NCBI GenBank assembly: GCA_963666835.2
Contig: CAXXGO010000006.1
Span: 896,001 to 960,000 of the forward strand
Direction of reading: 5' to 3'
From: Phycisphaerae bacterium
Lineage (GTDB): Bacteria > Planctomycetota > Phycisphaerae > UBA1845
DNA: 64,000 nt
The notes under the pieces: generated by a model
The model's input: only the letters and a program-made list of their open reading frames with translations
Database searches by the model: none
Told to the model about the DNA's origin: nothing
Position numbers and translations under genes: made by a program
Shown: positions 1 through 11,300 of the stretch, piece by piece
Layout of the letters: the number at the start of each line of letters is the position of its first letter
How positions within the stretch are numbered: position 1 is the stretch's first letter

Positions 1-115
1 CCGTCAGAAGCAGGGCGTGCAACGCCCATCGACGCCATCGCCGGCGGCGGGGCGTGCCCGTCTGGTTCTTCGGGGAGGGCTCCAACTGGCTCTCACGGCT
101 GGATTCGGCAATCAT
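1..115 (-). CDS. 5' part of a probable membrane protein (runs off the window edge)
   Basis: Minus-strand ATG at 115 gives MIAESSRESQLEPSPKNQTGTPRRRRWRRWALHALLL. It is co-oriented with the two upstream genes; there is no family signature. Confidence 0.35.
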   Translation of the reverse strand, partial: MIAESSRESQLEPSPKNQTGTPRRRRWRRWALHALLLT

Positions 116-287
116 GGCTGGCCGTCTCTCATTCTCTCTCTGCTAAACCCGGATCCGGTCCCGCCCGGATTGCGGGCGCGGGAGGTCCGAGAACTCTTCA
201 CCATGATTGAGTTATCGGCACCAACCGCGACGACCTGATCTTCAGTCCGCAGGACTGTTCGATGCCCGTCGAGCAGGGGGCTCGACC

Positions 288-1406
288 CTACCGGGTGCTG
301 CAGCCGGCCCAGTAGTCGAGGTCGTAATGCTCCGGCCGGGCCAGCGGTACCCCTTCAAGGCCGACGGTAACCAGCCGGACGTCCTTGCCTTGCACGTAGA
401 CATCGATGACGTGGTTCCAAGTGCGTTCGGGGAGATACCCTCGGCAACCGGTGGCGATTAGATGCACGCCGTCGAGTCGGTCGTAGATGATCGGAGCGTT
501 CTTGCCGACGTCGCCCGCGAACAGATACACCGGCTTGTCGACGGCCAGCTCCCGCAGCAACGGAAAGACAACATCCCAGAAAGGGTGCCGGATGGTCTGT
601 TGCCGGTCAAGATCACCCGCGGCATCGATCGAGGTCGCGTTGGCGAGCGGGATGACGTTGCGATAGCGTTCGTTGCCCCAGAACCACATCACCCGGTGCA
701 TGAAGAGAAACACGTGATCGATTGTGTCGTCGGTTTGGGCTTCCCGGAGTGCTTCCATCAGGAAATCGAGCTGGGCACCGTCGAATCCCTGAGGGTAATC
801 CAATGTGCAAAGCACAATCGCCAGACTGCGTCCGAGGCGGGTCGCGTGATACTCGGGACCGTATCTCGCCCGGTACCATTCCAGGCTTTCTTCGCGGGTC
901 GGTCTCATCCGAATGTCATGGCCGCCAAGGGCCAACAACACCGGGCCGGAAACCCGCGTCCGCACCGCCGCGTCGTAGAGATCCCAGTTCTCCTCCCCCG
1001 TAGTCGTCTGTATATCGCCCAGGATCGCCAACGCCGTGCTGGCGGTTCTGATGCGCTCCATTCCGGTGACGAATGACCCAATGAACGGATACCGCGGATC
1101 CACCTCGGATCGAAGATGGCCCGCGACCGTGAACCGGTAGTCGTAGTCGGCGGGCGGACGCGATATGTCAGCCGGCGTAACGGGTCGACCTGAGAAGCAC
1201 TCCCAAGATTGATCGTACATCGACTTGGACGGCATAGCGGCAGCCGGGGCGGGACGCGTTACTCCGCGCACGAACTGTCGAAAACGCCAGCTTGCCTGAT
1301 AGAGCAGCAGCGCTCCGAGCACGGTTCCCGCCACGAACAGGACAAGGACGAGCCGCGGCGGGACCCGACAAGCTGATCGACCATGCATGTCCCCTGCAGA
1401 AACCAA
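288..1406 (-). CDS. Membrane-anchored calcineurin-like metallophosphoesterase
   Basis: N-terminal TM segment. Motifs AGH, ILGDI, LGGHD, FLFMH and FAGD match a degenerate metallophosphoesterase set. Confidence 0.65.
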   Translation of the reverse strand: MVSAGDMHGRSACRVPPRLVLVLFVAGTVLGALLLYQASWRFRQFVRGVTRPAPAAAMPSKSMYDQSWECFSGRPVTPADISRPPADYDYRFTVAGHLRSEVDPRYPFIGSFVTGMERIRTASTALAILGDIQTTTGEENWDLYDAAVRTRVSGPVLLALGGHDIRMRPTREESLEWYRARYGPEYHATRLGRSLAIVLCTLDYPQGFDGAQLDFLMEALREAQTDDTIDHVFLFMHRVMWFWGNERYRNVIPLANATSIDAAGDLDRQQTIRHPFWDVVFPLLRELAVDKPVYLFAGDVGKNAPIIYDRLDGVHLIATGCRGYLPERTWNHVIDVYVQGKDVRLVTVGLEGVPLARPEHYDLDYWAGCSTR

Positions 1407-1415
1407 AACACTCTC

Positions 1416-3212
1416 CTATTGCTTCGTGCCTCGGTTTTCCGTGTTCTGCCGTAGCGAAGCCTCCGCGTGGCGTTGCGCGTGAAACTCCAGAGGTTGGGCA
1501 TCCGGCGAAAGGACCACCCAGCTCTCGGTCTGGTCCGACGCCCGCCACGCCTCCCAGGCGGTGTCCGTCGTGGCAAAACAGAAGCGACCGAATCGCGAGA
1601 ACTTCTCCCAGCCGAAGGCGGTTACCGTCCCATCCCGCGGCGTATTCTGAAACTCGGCCGGAGACATGCCCGAGAAGACCGTCACATACAGATAAGGAAA
1701 CAAACCCGGGGCGTCGACGAAAATCCGATCATACTGGTCGCCATGATCGCGGGCCCATTGGCCGATGGCGACCAGGTCATTCTGAGCTCGATCTCCGTGC
1801 CAATCGGGCTGCCGCAGATAACGAACGACGTTGAACGTCCCGGCCGCAGCGATGAGCACCGCCACCGCTGCCGTAGCCGCCCAAGCCGCTCGTACGGAGG
1901 ACGTTCCCGCGCCGCCCTGCAGTTTTGCCCATCCACGGCTGAGGATCGTCCCGAACGTCACGGCCCCCAAGGCCGCCAGGATCGGATACAACGCCCAGAC
2001 GCCCGATGCACGCATGGGGTGCGGGTTGAGCCGGCCGACCGCAGCGGGCATCAGGCAGATGAACGTCGCGCCCAGCAGGAGCAACGTTGGAAGGTGTCGC
2101 CGCCACGCTGTCCGCACGAGAGCGACCAGCATTCCGAAATACAGAAACGGCAGCGAGGCCAGACTCAACCGCGCGGCACTCAGGATGCTGTCCTCGCCGA
2201 ACGAGAAGAACAGATGACGCGGGTCCAGGTTCAAACCGGCGTTGAAGATCACCTTCCGGAACCACCAGTGCAGCCCGTTAGTCAGCGGCGGCACCACGTT
2301 GACAGCCCGCGTGAAGAAATGCTCCGGCCGGCTCAGCATGGCGTAAAGCTGCGGAGCGGCGCCGATGCCCACGCAACCCGCGAAGAGGACGAGTACGCCA
2401 CCTGTTTGCCGCCACTTCCCTCGGAGAACGCCTACCTGGCTCACCAGCAGCGTCGCTCCGAAGACCGCGAACAACAAACCGCTGAGCCGCAACGCTCCGT
2501 ACGCACTGGTAGATAGTCCGATTGCCAGCCCGGCCGCCGCAATCCAAACCGGAGCTTTCTCCCGCCTTACAAGAGGTTTGCTCCAGGCGGGCAGGCTGGA
2601 AGCCTGCGCTACTTGCCGCCGCGCGCTGCCGAGGGCATCGAGTGTCTTCAACAGCAGGTAGACGATCAGGACCGCAAAAAGCGGCGGCAGACACCCGCCG
2701 GTGTGAGCCTGCCGCGAGTACAACACGTGGATCGGAGAGAATACGACCAGCAGCAACGCCAACACCGCCCCCCGCGGCCCAAGCAGGCGCCGGGCGACGG
2801 CGAAGACCAGGATCACCGTCAACACGCCGGCGATAGCGGCCGGGAGCCGCCCGCTCCATACGGAGAATCCCCCGATACCGGTGCTCAGAGCCGCGAGGTA
2901 AACGTAAAGACCCGGGTGGTAGTCACCGGGGCCCATTCCGCGAATGATGATCGGCCAGGCCTCACCCGCCCGATCCGCCCCGGTGGTGGCTAGACTGTAA
3001 CCGTCATAGATATCAGAAAGTTCGTCCTGGTGCAGCGGCAACGGATACTGGTCGAGAGCAGCGAATCGCAAGAACGCCCCAACAACGACGATGGCAACGA
3101 TCAGCCCACGATGTGCCCACGTGGTGGATCCGTCCCGAGCACTCGCACCGGGCGAGCGGCCGAGGACGGAATCGCGATGGTCCTGAGTCAGGTTGGCGCT
3201 GTCGCTCGTCAA
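1416..3212 (-). CDS. GT-C glycosyltransferase (ArnT/PMT, family 39-like)
   Basis: Multiple TM helices, an HQDE acidic motif after TM1, HPGLY, and RLPAAIAG...SPIHVLYSR. Confidence 0.8.
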   Translation of the reverse strand: MTSDSANLTQDHRDSVLGRSPGASARDGSTTWAHRGLIVAIVVVGAFLRFAALDQYPLPLHQDELSDIYDGYSLATTGADRAGEAWPIIIRGMGPGDYHPGLYVYLAALSTGIGGFSVWSGRLPAAIAGVLTVILVFAVARRLLGPRGAVLALLLVVFSPIHVLYSRQAHTGGCLPPLFAVLIVYLLLKTLDALGSARRQVAQASSLPAWSKPLVRREKAPVWIAAAGLAIGLSTSAYGALRLSGLLFAVFGATLLVSQVGVLRGKWRQTGGVLVLFAGCVGIGAAPQLYAMLSRPEHFFTRAVNVVPPLTNGLHWWFRKVIFNAGLNLDPRHLFFSFGEDSILSAARLSLASLPFLYFGMLVALVRTAWRRHLPTLLLLGATFICLMPAAVGRLNPHPMRASGVWALYPILAALGAVTFGTILSRGWAKLQGGAGTSSVRAAWAATAAVAVLIAAAGTFNVVRYLRQPDWHGDRAQNDLVAIGQWARDHGDQYDRIFVDAPGLFPYLYVTVFSGMSPAEFQNTPRDGTVTAFGWEKFSRFGRFCFATTDTAWEAWRASDQTESWVVLSPDAQPLEFHAQRHAEASLRQNTENRGTKQ

Positions 3213-3517
3213 GCGTATTTACCTACCGGCCGGCGCTCGGTCGAAGAGCGACACCCGAACCGGCCTTCGATCCGGGCGCGCACCGTCCGCACAACGTCCA
3301 CGGAAGTTATCGGTCGGTGCGAGCAGTGACTGAAACGCCCCAGGGTGGCTCCGCGGCACTCATCCTGCCCGCCCAGCAATCGAATCGGCCGGGCCGTTTG
3401 CACCGGAAACGCCCGCCGCTCTACAATGCCGCCTCGTTGTACAAAGGTGAGTACCCTGAATGCGGTCTGAATCCCGACGGGCCGCCATCTGCCGCTCGGC
3501 GGCACGGAGGCTAGGCC

Positions 3518-4285
3518 ATGAAACCAGTGATCCTGACTCTTGCTTCTCTCATCGTTGCCGGAACCTGCTTGGGTGGTCAGCCGGCCGACAGCTCCGCGGC
3601 AAAGGTCGACACGATTCTGAGTCAGCTTGAGAAACGCAGCGATGGACTCAAAGACATCCGGTGCAAGGTGGTTTTCGTGGAGGATGACCAGATCAACATG
3701 ACTACCCGTCGGAAGTTCGGGAGTATCCTCTTTCTGATCGCAGAGCCTAATCCGCTGTTTTTGATCCACTTCGAGAAGACCGAGGTGGACGGCATGCTGC
3801 GTCCGCAGGAATGGTATCTGTTCGACGGGCAATGGCTGCACGAGGCGATCGAGCGGATTAAGCAGGTCACCGAGCGGCAGATCGCCCGACCGGGCGAGAA
3901 GATCGATCTGTTTGACCTGGAGACTGCTCCATTCCCCCTGCCTTTCGGCCAGGAGAAGGAGAAGATCCTCAGAAACTTCGAGGTTACGCTGGTCCCGCCG
4001 GCCGAGACGGACCCGGCCAACACCGATCACCTGGTGTGCGTGCCCAAGCCGCAAACTCGCATGCACCGCAAGTACGACAAGATGGAGTTCTTCGTTCGCC
4101 GCGATCTGCACCTTCCCAGCCGGATCGTGGTGACCAAGAACGATGGGGAAGAGGTCAACGCGGCCGACTTCCCCGACCTTAGCGAGAAGTCCCTCAACGC
4201 AGGCGTGCCGGCGGCGGCCTTCAAGCGGCCCTCCGCGTGGAAGAAATACGAGGTTGTCACCGAAGAGGCCGCCTCGACCGATTGA
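3518..4285 (+). CDS. LolA-like periplasmic lipoprotein carrier/sorting protein
   Basis: Signal peptide, GGAGG RBS, WYLFDGQWL and PFPLPFGQ segments as in planctomycete LolA-like proteins. Confidence 0.6.
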   Translation: MKPVILTLASLIVAGTCLGGQPADSSAAKVDTILSQLEKRSDGLKDIRCKVVFVEDDQINMTTRRKFGSILFLIAEPNPLFLIHFEKTEVDGMLRPQEWYLFDGQWLHEAIERIKQVTERQIARPGEKIDLFDLETAPFPLPFGQEKEKILRNFEVTLVPPAETDPANTDHLVCVPKPQTRMHRKYDKMEFFVRRDLHLPSRIVVTKNDGEEVNAADFPDLSEKSLNAGVPAAAFKRPSAWKKYEVVTEEAASTD

Positions 4286-4506
4286 GCCGCACTGAGGCAG
4301 GTTCCTCAGCAAGGTGCGGCCGGGGCGTTGCTTCACGACGTGGGTGGATGTACCCTGCTCCGATAGAGTTTTCGATTACTTCCCAGCACTGATAGTGCGG
4401 TTTGCGAGGTCATAGAGGAGTCTCTCACGAGCGGGGATGTTAGATACGGCACTGTCGCGAGTCGCCATCAAACTTGCGCCCGATAATAACACACCGGAGA
4501 TTTCTG

Positions 4507-5616
4507 ATGGATACTATGAAGGCGGTCGTCAAGACTAGACCGGAATTCGGAGCAGAGCTCCAGGACAAGCCCATGCCGAAGCCGGCTCCCGGCTGGTTGA
4601 TCGTCAAGGTGCGGGCCACGAGCATCTGCGGGACCGACGTACACATATACAAATGGGATCCGTGGTCTGACGGGCGGATCGGGGCCAAGGCGCTGCCGCA
4701 GATTCTGGGGCACGAGGTAGCCGGCGAAGTCGTCGAGGTCGGACCGCATTGTCAGCGGATCAAGGTCGGTGATTACATCTCGGCCGAAACCCACATCTAC
4801 GATCCGGGTGACCTGACCAGTATGCTCGGCTCGCTGCATGTGGGCGCTCACATGAAGATCCTCGGCGTCGATTTCGACGGCTGTTTCGCCGAGTACTTTG
4901 CTTTGCCGGAATCGATCTGCTGGCCGAACGACAAGAGCATCCCGCCGGAAGTCGCGGCTATCCAGGAGCCGCTGGGCAACGCCTGCTATGCAGTGCTCGG
5001 AGAGGACGCGGACGTCGCGGGCAAGAGCATGGTCATCACCGGTGACGGACCGATCAGCTTGTTCGCCATCGGCGTCGCCCGAACGGTCGGGGTCGCCAAG
5101 ATCATCCACTTCGGCAAATACGACACTAACATGGAGATCGCCCGCAAGATGGGGGCCGATCTGCAGATGTATACGAACAAGACGAGCGCTCAGGAGCGGC
5201 TCCAGTTCGTGATGGACCACACCGGCGGCAACGGCGTGGACATCGCCCTCGAGATGGTCGGTTCGCAGGACTCGGTGAACGACTGTTTCGCCATGGTTCG
5301 CAAAGCCGGCCGGCTCACCGCGTTCGGGATCGCCGCTGAATCACGTCTGCCGGTGGACTACAACAACGGAATCGTCTTCAAAGGGTGCCAGATTCACGGC
5401 ATTAACGGCCGGAAGATCTTCGACACGTGGTATCGTAACTGCAATCTGCTCGCCGCCGGTCGGCTCGATCCGACTCCGGTGATCACGGACATCTTCACCC
5501 TCGGCGATTTCGAAAAGGGCTTCGGGAAGATGATGGAACGGCCGCGTACGAGTGCGAAGGTCGTGCTGTTCCCCGACGATACGGAATACCAGGCGGCTTT
5601 GAAGCGGCGCGGTTAG
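4507..5616 (+). CDS. tdh: L-threonine 3-dehydrogenase-like zinc-dependent alcohol dehydrogenase
   Basis: SICGTDVH, GHE, EPLGNA and GINGRKIFDTW motifs; directly upstream of kbl. Confidence 0.85.
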   Translation: MDTMKAVVKTRPEFGAELQDKPMPKPAPGWLIVKVRATSICGTDVHIYKWDPWSDGRIGAKALPQILGHEVAGEVVEVGPHCQRIKVGDYISAETHIYDPGDLTSMLGSLHVGAHMKILGVDFDGCFAEYFALPESICWPNDKSIPPEVAAIQEPLGNACYAVLGEDADVAGKSMVITGDGPISLFAIGVARTVGVAKIIHFGKYDTNMEIARKMGADLQMYTNKTSAQERLQFVMDHTGGNGVDIALEMVGSQDSVNDCFAMVRKAGRLTAFGIAAESRLPVDYNNGIVFKGCQIHGINGRKIFDTWYRNCNLLAAGRLDPTPVITDIFTLGDFEKGFGKMMERPRTSAKVVLFPDDTEYQAALKRRG

Positions 5617-5715
5617 AGTAAGGTGAAGTCGTGTCACTCGACGACGGGTGACGATTCAACGTGTTAACAAACGTCGCGGACGGCGACCAGGCTGAAGTTA
5701 ATCGGAGCAACGAAC

Positions 5716-6957
5716 ATGTTTGGCAGGATGAAGGATGATCTCCAGAAGGAGTTGGCCTCGGTACGGGAGGCTGGTCTGTATAAGGAAGAGCGCTACATTC
5801 TAGGCCCGCAGGCGGCGGACATCAGCGTCGAGTATCCCGAAGGTGCTCCGAAGCAGAATGTCATTAACTTCTGTGCGAACAACTACCTCGGCCTTTCTTC
5901 GCACCCGGACGTGGTAGCGGCGGCCAAGGACGCCCTCGAAACCCACGGGTACGGCATGAGCAGCGTGCGGTTCATCTGTGGAACCCAGGACATCCATCGC
6001 CGGCTCGAAAAGCAGATTGCCGAGTTCTTCAAGACCGAAGATACGATCCTCTATTGCGCCTGCTTCGACGCCAACGGCGGTTTGTTCGAGCCGCTATTGG
6101 GCAAAGACGACGCGATCATCACCGACGCACTCAATCACGCGTCGATTATCGACGGAATCCGGCTCTGCAAGGCCACCCGCTACATCTACAAGAACAACGA
6201 CATGGCCGAGCTGGAGGACAAACTGAAGGAGGCCCAGGGGGCCCGCTACCGGATCGTCGCGACCGACGGGGCGTTCTCCATGGACGGGACCGTCGCCCAG
6301 CTCGACAAGATCTGCGACTTGGCCGACAAGTACGATGCTCTGGTCATGGTCGACGATTGCCATTGCACGGGTTTCATGGGTAAGCACGGCCGCGGCTCCA
6401 CCGAATACTGCGGCGTCATGGGCCGCGTCGATATCATCACCGGTACGCTGGGCAAGGCGCTGGGCGGAGCTTCCGGCGGGTTCACAACCGGCCGCAAGGA
6501 GATTGTGGAACTGCTGCGGCAGCGCAGTCGCCCGTATCTGTTCAGCAATACGGTCTCGCCGATCGTGGTGAAGGCGTCGATCACGGTGTTCAACATGCTC
6601 ACCAAGTCGACCGAACTGCGGGATAAGGTCATCGCCAACACGATGCGTTTCCGCGAGGGAATGACCGCGGCCGGCTTCGACATCAAGCCGGGCGATCACC
6701 CCATCGTCCCGATCATGCTCTACAATGCGAAGCTCAGTCAGGATATCGCCCGCGACATGTACGCCGAGGGCATCTTCGTAATCGGCTTCTTCTACCCGGT
6801 GGTCGGCAAGGGCTTGGCCCGCATTCGCTGCCAGATGTCCGCGGCTCATGATACCGCCCACGTCGACAAGGCCATCGCGGCCTTCACCAAGGTGGGCAAG
6901 AAGTACGACATCCTCGGCAAGACCAAAGAGGAGATCATCGCCAAGTACGGTGAGTAA
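5716..6957 (+). CDS. kbl: Glycine C-acetyltransferase (2-amino-3-ketobutyrate CoA ligase)
   Basis: [39 protein letters not shown] (PLP lysine) and [11 protein letters not shown]. Confidence 0.95.
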   Translation: MFGRMKDDLQKELASVREAGLYKEERYILGPQAADISVEYPEGAPKQNVINFCANNYLGLSSHPDVVAAAKDALETHGYGMSSVRFICGTQDIHRRLEKQIAEFFKTEDTILYCACFDANGGLFEPLLGKDDAIITDALNHASIIDGIRLCKATRYIYKNNDMAELEDKLKEAQGARYRIVATDGAFSMDGTVAQLDKICDLADKYDALVMVDDCHCTGFMGKHGRGSTEYCGVMGRVDIITGTLGKALGGASGGFTTGRKEIVELLRQRSRPYLFSNTVSPIVVKASITVFNMLTKSTELRDKVIANTMRFREGMTAAGFDIKPGDHPIVPIMLYNAKLSQDIARDMYAEGIFVIGFFYPVVGKGLARIRCQMSAAHDTAHVDKAIAAFTKVGKKYDILGKTKEEIIAKYGE

Positions 6958-6962
6958 GGCCG

Positions 6963-7070
6963 GTAGGGTCCGCTTTGCGGACCATCAGACTTGACGTAGG
7001 GCACGGTCGAGGTACGAGACCTGCCGGGTGCCGGGTGCCGGGTGCCATGGCCCACGCTTGCGTGGCCATG
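6963..7070. repeat. Cluster of REP-like palindromes downstream of kbl
   Basis: GTAGGGTCCGC-TTT-GCGGACC hairpin, a copy of the dispersed 29-bp repeat (6996-7024), and a CATGGCC..CACGC-TT-GCGTG-GCCATG palindrome. Confidence 0.7.
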
Positions 7071-7131
7071 AGGCGGATGCAGTCTGCACAGCCAACACGG
7101 CAGATGACTCTTACAAGGCGCTCGCGGACAG

Positions 7132-8385
7132 ATGTTCAGATTCGTTCATGCCGCCGACCTGCATTTGGATAGCCCGTTCAAGGGAATCACTGCCGAATCC
7201 GAAACCGTCGCTCAGGCGTTACGCTCGGCCACGTTTGAAGCGTTCGACGCCTTGATCGAGTTATGCATCGAGCGCGAAGTCGCTTTCCTACTGATTGCCG
7301 GCGATGTGTACGATGGAGCCGATCGCAGCCTGCGCGCGCAGCTCCGCTTTCGCGACGGCTTGGATGAACTCGCCCGCCACGGCGTCCGTGTGTTTGTCGT
7401 TCACGGTAACCACGACCCGCTGGATGGTTGGGCCTCGGCGATCAACTGGCCCGACGGCGTCCACATCTTCGGCGGGGACGAGGTCGAGACCGTCGAGGTC
7501 GAAGTGCTCGGCAAGGCAATCGCGGCCGTCTCCGGGATCAGCTACAGGAATCGGCGCGAAGACCGCAAGCTCTTTCAGCATTTCGAGGCCACCCGGCCGG
7601 AGCTGTTTCAGATCGGGCTCCTTCACTGCAACTGCGGCGGCAACACGGCCCATGAGGACTATGTCCCCTGCCTGCCGGAGGATCTCACTCAAGTCGGTTT
7701 GGATTACTGGGCGCTGGGGCACGTTCACACTCGGGCGGTGGTAAGCGAAGACCCGTGGATTGTCTATCCCGGAAATCCGCAAGGGCGCAGTATTCGTGAG
7801 ACCGATCAGCGCGGGGCTTTCCTGGTTACGGTGGACGACGGGGGCAAGGTCGACCTGGAATTCTGTCCACTTAACGCCGTGCAATGGCTGGCCGACGAGG
7901 TTTCGATTGACAATCACACCACTATCGACGCTATCGATCGGGCGTTGTCGACCAAGGTGGAGGAACTGCGGGAGAAAGGTGGCGGTCGCCCGGTTGTGTG
8001 CCGACTCTCCTTGACCGGTCGCGGCGTGTTGTATCCCGAACTGCTTCGCAACGACGGCATCGGCGACTTGCTAATCCGGGCACAAGAAAGTGGGCTCACT
8101 GACGACCCGTTCGTGTGGGTGCAGGAGATCGAAATGGCGGCCCGCCCGAACGTGGACTTGGCCAGGCTCCGCGACGAACGCGACTTGTTGGGGCAGGCGC
8201 TTTCGATCGCGGAGGAACTCGGGCGGACTCCGACCTTCTCTAAGGAACTGCACCCTGCAATCGCTCCGCTCTTTGAGGATTCGCGGACCAGAAAGGTGTT
8301 GGATCCGCTCTCGCCCGACGAGCTTCACCGGTTGCTGGCCGATGCGGAGCTGCTTTGTGTTGACCTGCTGGCGAGAGACGAATGA
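7132..8385 (+). CDS. DNA repair exonuclease, SbcD/Mre11 (YhaO-like)
   Basis: HAADLHLD, AGDVYD, GNHD, LGHVH and YPGNPQGR. Confidence 0.92.
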   Translation: MFRFVHAADLHLDSPFKGITAESETVAQALRSATFEAFDALIELCIEREVAFLLIAGDVYDGADRSLRAQLRFRDGLDELARHGVRVFVVHGNHDPLDGWASAINWPDGVHIFGGDEVETVEVEVLGKAIAAVSGISYRNRREDRKLFQHFEATRPELFQIGLLHCNCGGNTAHEDYVPCLPEDLTQVGLDYWALGHVHTRAVVSEDPWIVYPGNPQGRSIRETDQRGAFLVTVDDGGKVDLEFCPLNAVQWLADEVSIDNHTTIDAIDRALSTKVEELREKGGGRPVVCRLSLTGRGVLYPELLRNDGIGDLLIRAQESGLTDDPFVWVQEIEMAARPNVDLARLRDERDLLGQALSIAEELGRTPTFSKELHPAIAPLFEDSRTRKVLDPLSPDELHRLLADAELLCVDLLARDE

Positions 8386-11300
8386 GAATCACCGCCCTGC
8401 ACATCAACAGCTTCGGCATCTTCCGCGGAATGTCGCTGCCGGACGTGCCGCCGGGGCTCGTACTCATCCAAGGCGACAACGAGGCCGGTAAGAGCACGCT
8501 GTTGTGGTTCATCCGCGGCATTCTCTTCGGTTATCCCGACGGACGGTCGCGAGATCCGGGTTATCGACTCGGCGACGGAGAGACTCACGGCGGACGCCTG
8601 GAGATTGTCACTGACCACGACATTCCGTACACGATAGCGCGCCGGGGCGTGCGCGGCGGTGGAGAGGTGACCATTACGGACTCCGCCGGCGGCAGCGGGA
8701 GCCTTCACGACCTACTTGGCGGAACCACGGCGCAGCTCTATCGCAATATCTACGCGTTCAGCCTGTCCGAACTGCACACCATCGACTCACTGCAGGCTGA
8801 CGGTGTCAAAGGCGCGATCTACGGAGCGGCCTCCGGCACTGCGCTGATGGCGCTGCCGCAAGCCCGGAAGATAATCAGCGATAAGCTCGACGATACGTTC
8901 AAATCGCGCGGACAGAAACAGCAGATCAACATCCGGCTTGCAGAACTTGATGCCATCAACGAGAGCCTGCGCGAGACCTCCAAGGACATCGATAGATACA
9001 ACGAGGCATGCACGCAGTTGACGAAGACGGAAGCGGAGCTCGGCGAACTGCTGAGTAGGATGCGTGATAGCCGGATTGAATCCGGGCGGATCGATACGCT
9101 TCTGAAAGTATGGCCTGAGTGGGTCAAACTCCAAGACTGTGAGGAGAACCTGAGAAACCTGCCTCTTGTTGTCGAGTCCTTCCCGGAGGACGGGCTGGGG
9201 CGATTGGAGACCGCGAACCAGGTCCTTCTGCAAAACCGGGAGCGTCTGCGAGAACTGGTGGAGGAGCACGCGATTTTGCGCCGCGATATTGCGGACCTGA
9301 ACGTCGATCCTGATGTTCTTGCAGCCGGTGAGACCATCAGCGTTCTGACCGAAAGCCGTGCGGGATACCTTGCCGCCCGCGCGGACCTTCCCTTGAAGCG
9401 ACAGGCCCACGCATCCGTCGATGCCGAGATTGCGGAACTGCGCCGACGCCTGGGGCCGGGCTGGACGGAGGAGGAGATCCGCACGAGTGACTGCTCTGTG
9501 TCAGCGCGGGAGGCTATTCGCAGGCATGACCAGGGTCTGACTGTTGCCGGAGAGGAGCTCGCCCGCGCGGAGCAAGACGCGGCCGCCCGAGAGGAGACCC
9601 ACAAGCAGACTGTCGCCGATGAACAGAGAGCTCGGAAGAAGGTAGAGCAGTTCGCCGATTCCGACGCGGTTGATGAACAGTTGGTGCGTAGACTGCAGAC
9701 CAAACGCGAGCTGTTCCGCGAGGCGGCGACGGACTTGCCTCAAGTCCAAGCCGATCTGAACACCGCCCGGGCTCGCGTCTTGCAGAACGTCAGGGAAATC
9801 GACGCCCGGTGGACGGTTGAGAACGTGGCCAACTTCGATGTCTCCGTTGCGGCGCAGCAGAAGATTCAAGACTTCGCCGACCGACTCGAGATAACGAAGC
9901 AGGATCGGGATAAGGCCGAATCGCTCCGTATAGCCGCGGTGGAGTTGTTGCGGGCCGGCCGTGAGCAACGCGACGCTGTCCAGGAAGAGTTGGAGCAACT
10001 GCCCGAAGGCTTCGATCGGGATGAACTAACCCGGCGCCTGGCCGCGATTTCCGCACTGGAGGGCGCACTACGCGAGCGCACCGAAAACGCCCGGGAGATC
10101 CGGTTCAGCGAGGCACGGCTCGGCGACAAGCGGCAAGAGCTGACCCGACTGAAGCTGCAGTCTCCCGCGTCGAACAAGGTGCCCCGGTGGGTACCGTTTC
10201 CGGCCCTCTTGATTGCCGCAGCGGCGCCGGTTGCTGGGTGGGCGCTTGGCCAACTGCCGGAGGCGGGGGGTGTTAGTGCCCTGTTTGCGGTGGTCGCCGT
10301 CTTGTGCTTTGCGTGGCGGCGCAGAACCGAAGCGAGATCCGCCGGAGCGCAGAAAGCTCATACCGCCGCGGTCGAAGAGCTGAGCCGCGAGATCCGCAAC
10401 CTCGAATCCGAGCTGGCGGTACTTGCCGAAGGCGAGGTCGCCCGCGAAGAGAAGATCGACAAGCACGCCCGCGCGGCGGCTCTGTCTGCCAAGGCCGATG
10501 CCGAGGAGATCAGCACCGCCCGGGAGAGCATCGAACACGACCTGGATGTACTTAAGAGCAGAGATCGGCTGGAGGCCGACCTGCGCAAACGCAACGAAGA
10601 AGTGCAACGCCTTACCGACAAGCTGGCCGAGACCGATCGGGTATTGCAGGCGCACGCCGACGAAATGGCGGGCGTGAAAGACGATTGGCGGAATCACCAG
10701 CAGCACTTGGGGCTCGCTCCGGAGAGTGCGGTCCAGACCGTGCAGCTCATCTTCACCAAGGTGGCGGCCGTGCGGGATCAGATCGCCGGGCTCGAAGAGC
10801 TCGAGAAGCGAATCGCGCGAATGTCCACCGGCCGTGACAGCTATCTGGATCTTGCTCGACAGGCTCCTCCGCTTGCTCCTTATTGCGAGGGACCGCCGGC
10901 GGATCTGCTCAGTGCGGTGGACCGCTTTCTGGAGGAGGTGCAGCGTCAACAGGACAACATGAAGGAACGGGCGCTGGCCCAGCGTAACCTGGCCGAGGTC
11001 GGCCGGCGCGTGATGGCCGCAAGTGACGCGCTGAAACAGGCCCGGGAAGCCCTGGACACCGCCGCTCGGCGGCAGACCACCGCACAGACCGCGTGGCAGG
11101 AGTGGTTGACCCAGCGCGGATTCGATGGGGACATGTCACCGCCGACGGCGCTGGACACCCTGAAACTCATCGAGGACGGGGTCAGGATGCTTCGGGAACG
11201 TGACCAGCTTGATGACGTGATCGCACGGCTGGATGCGGAAACTGCCGGCTACGAGCAGACTGCGGCCGCGGTTTTTGAGAAGCTGAACCGCTCGGTGCCC

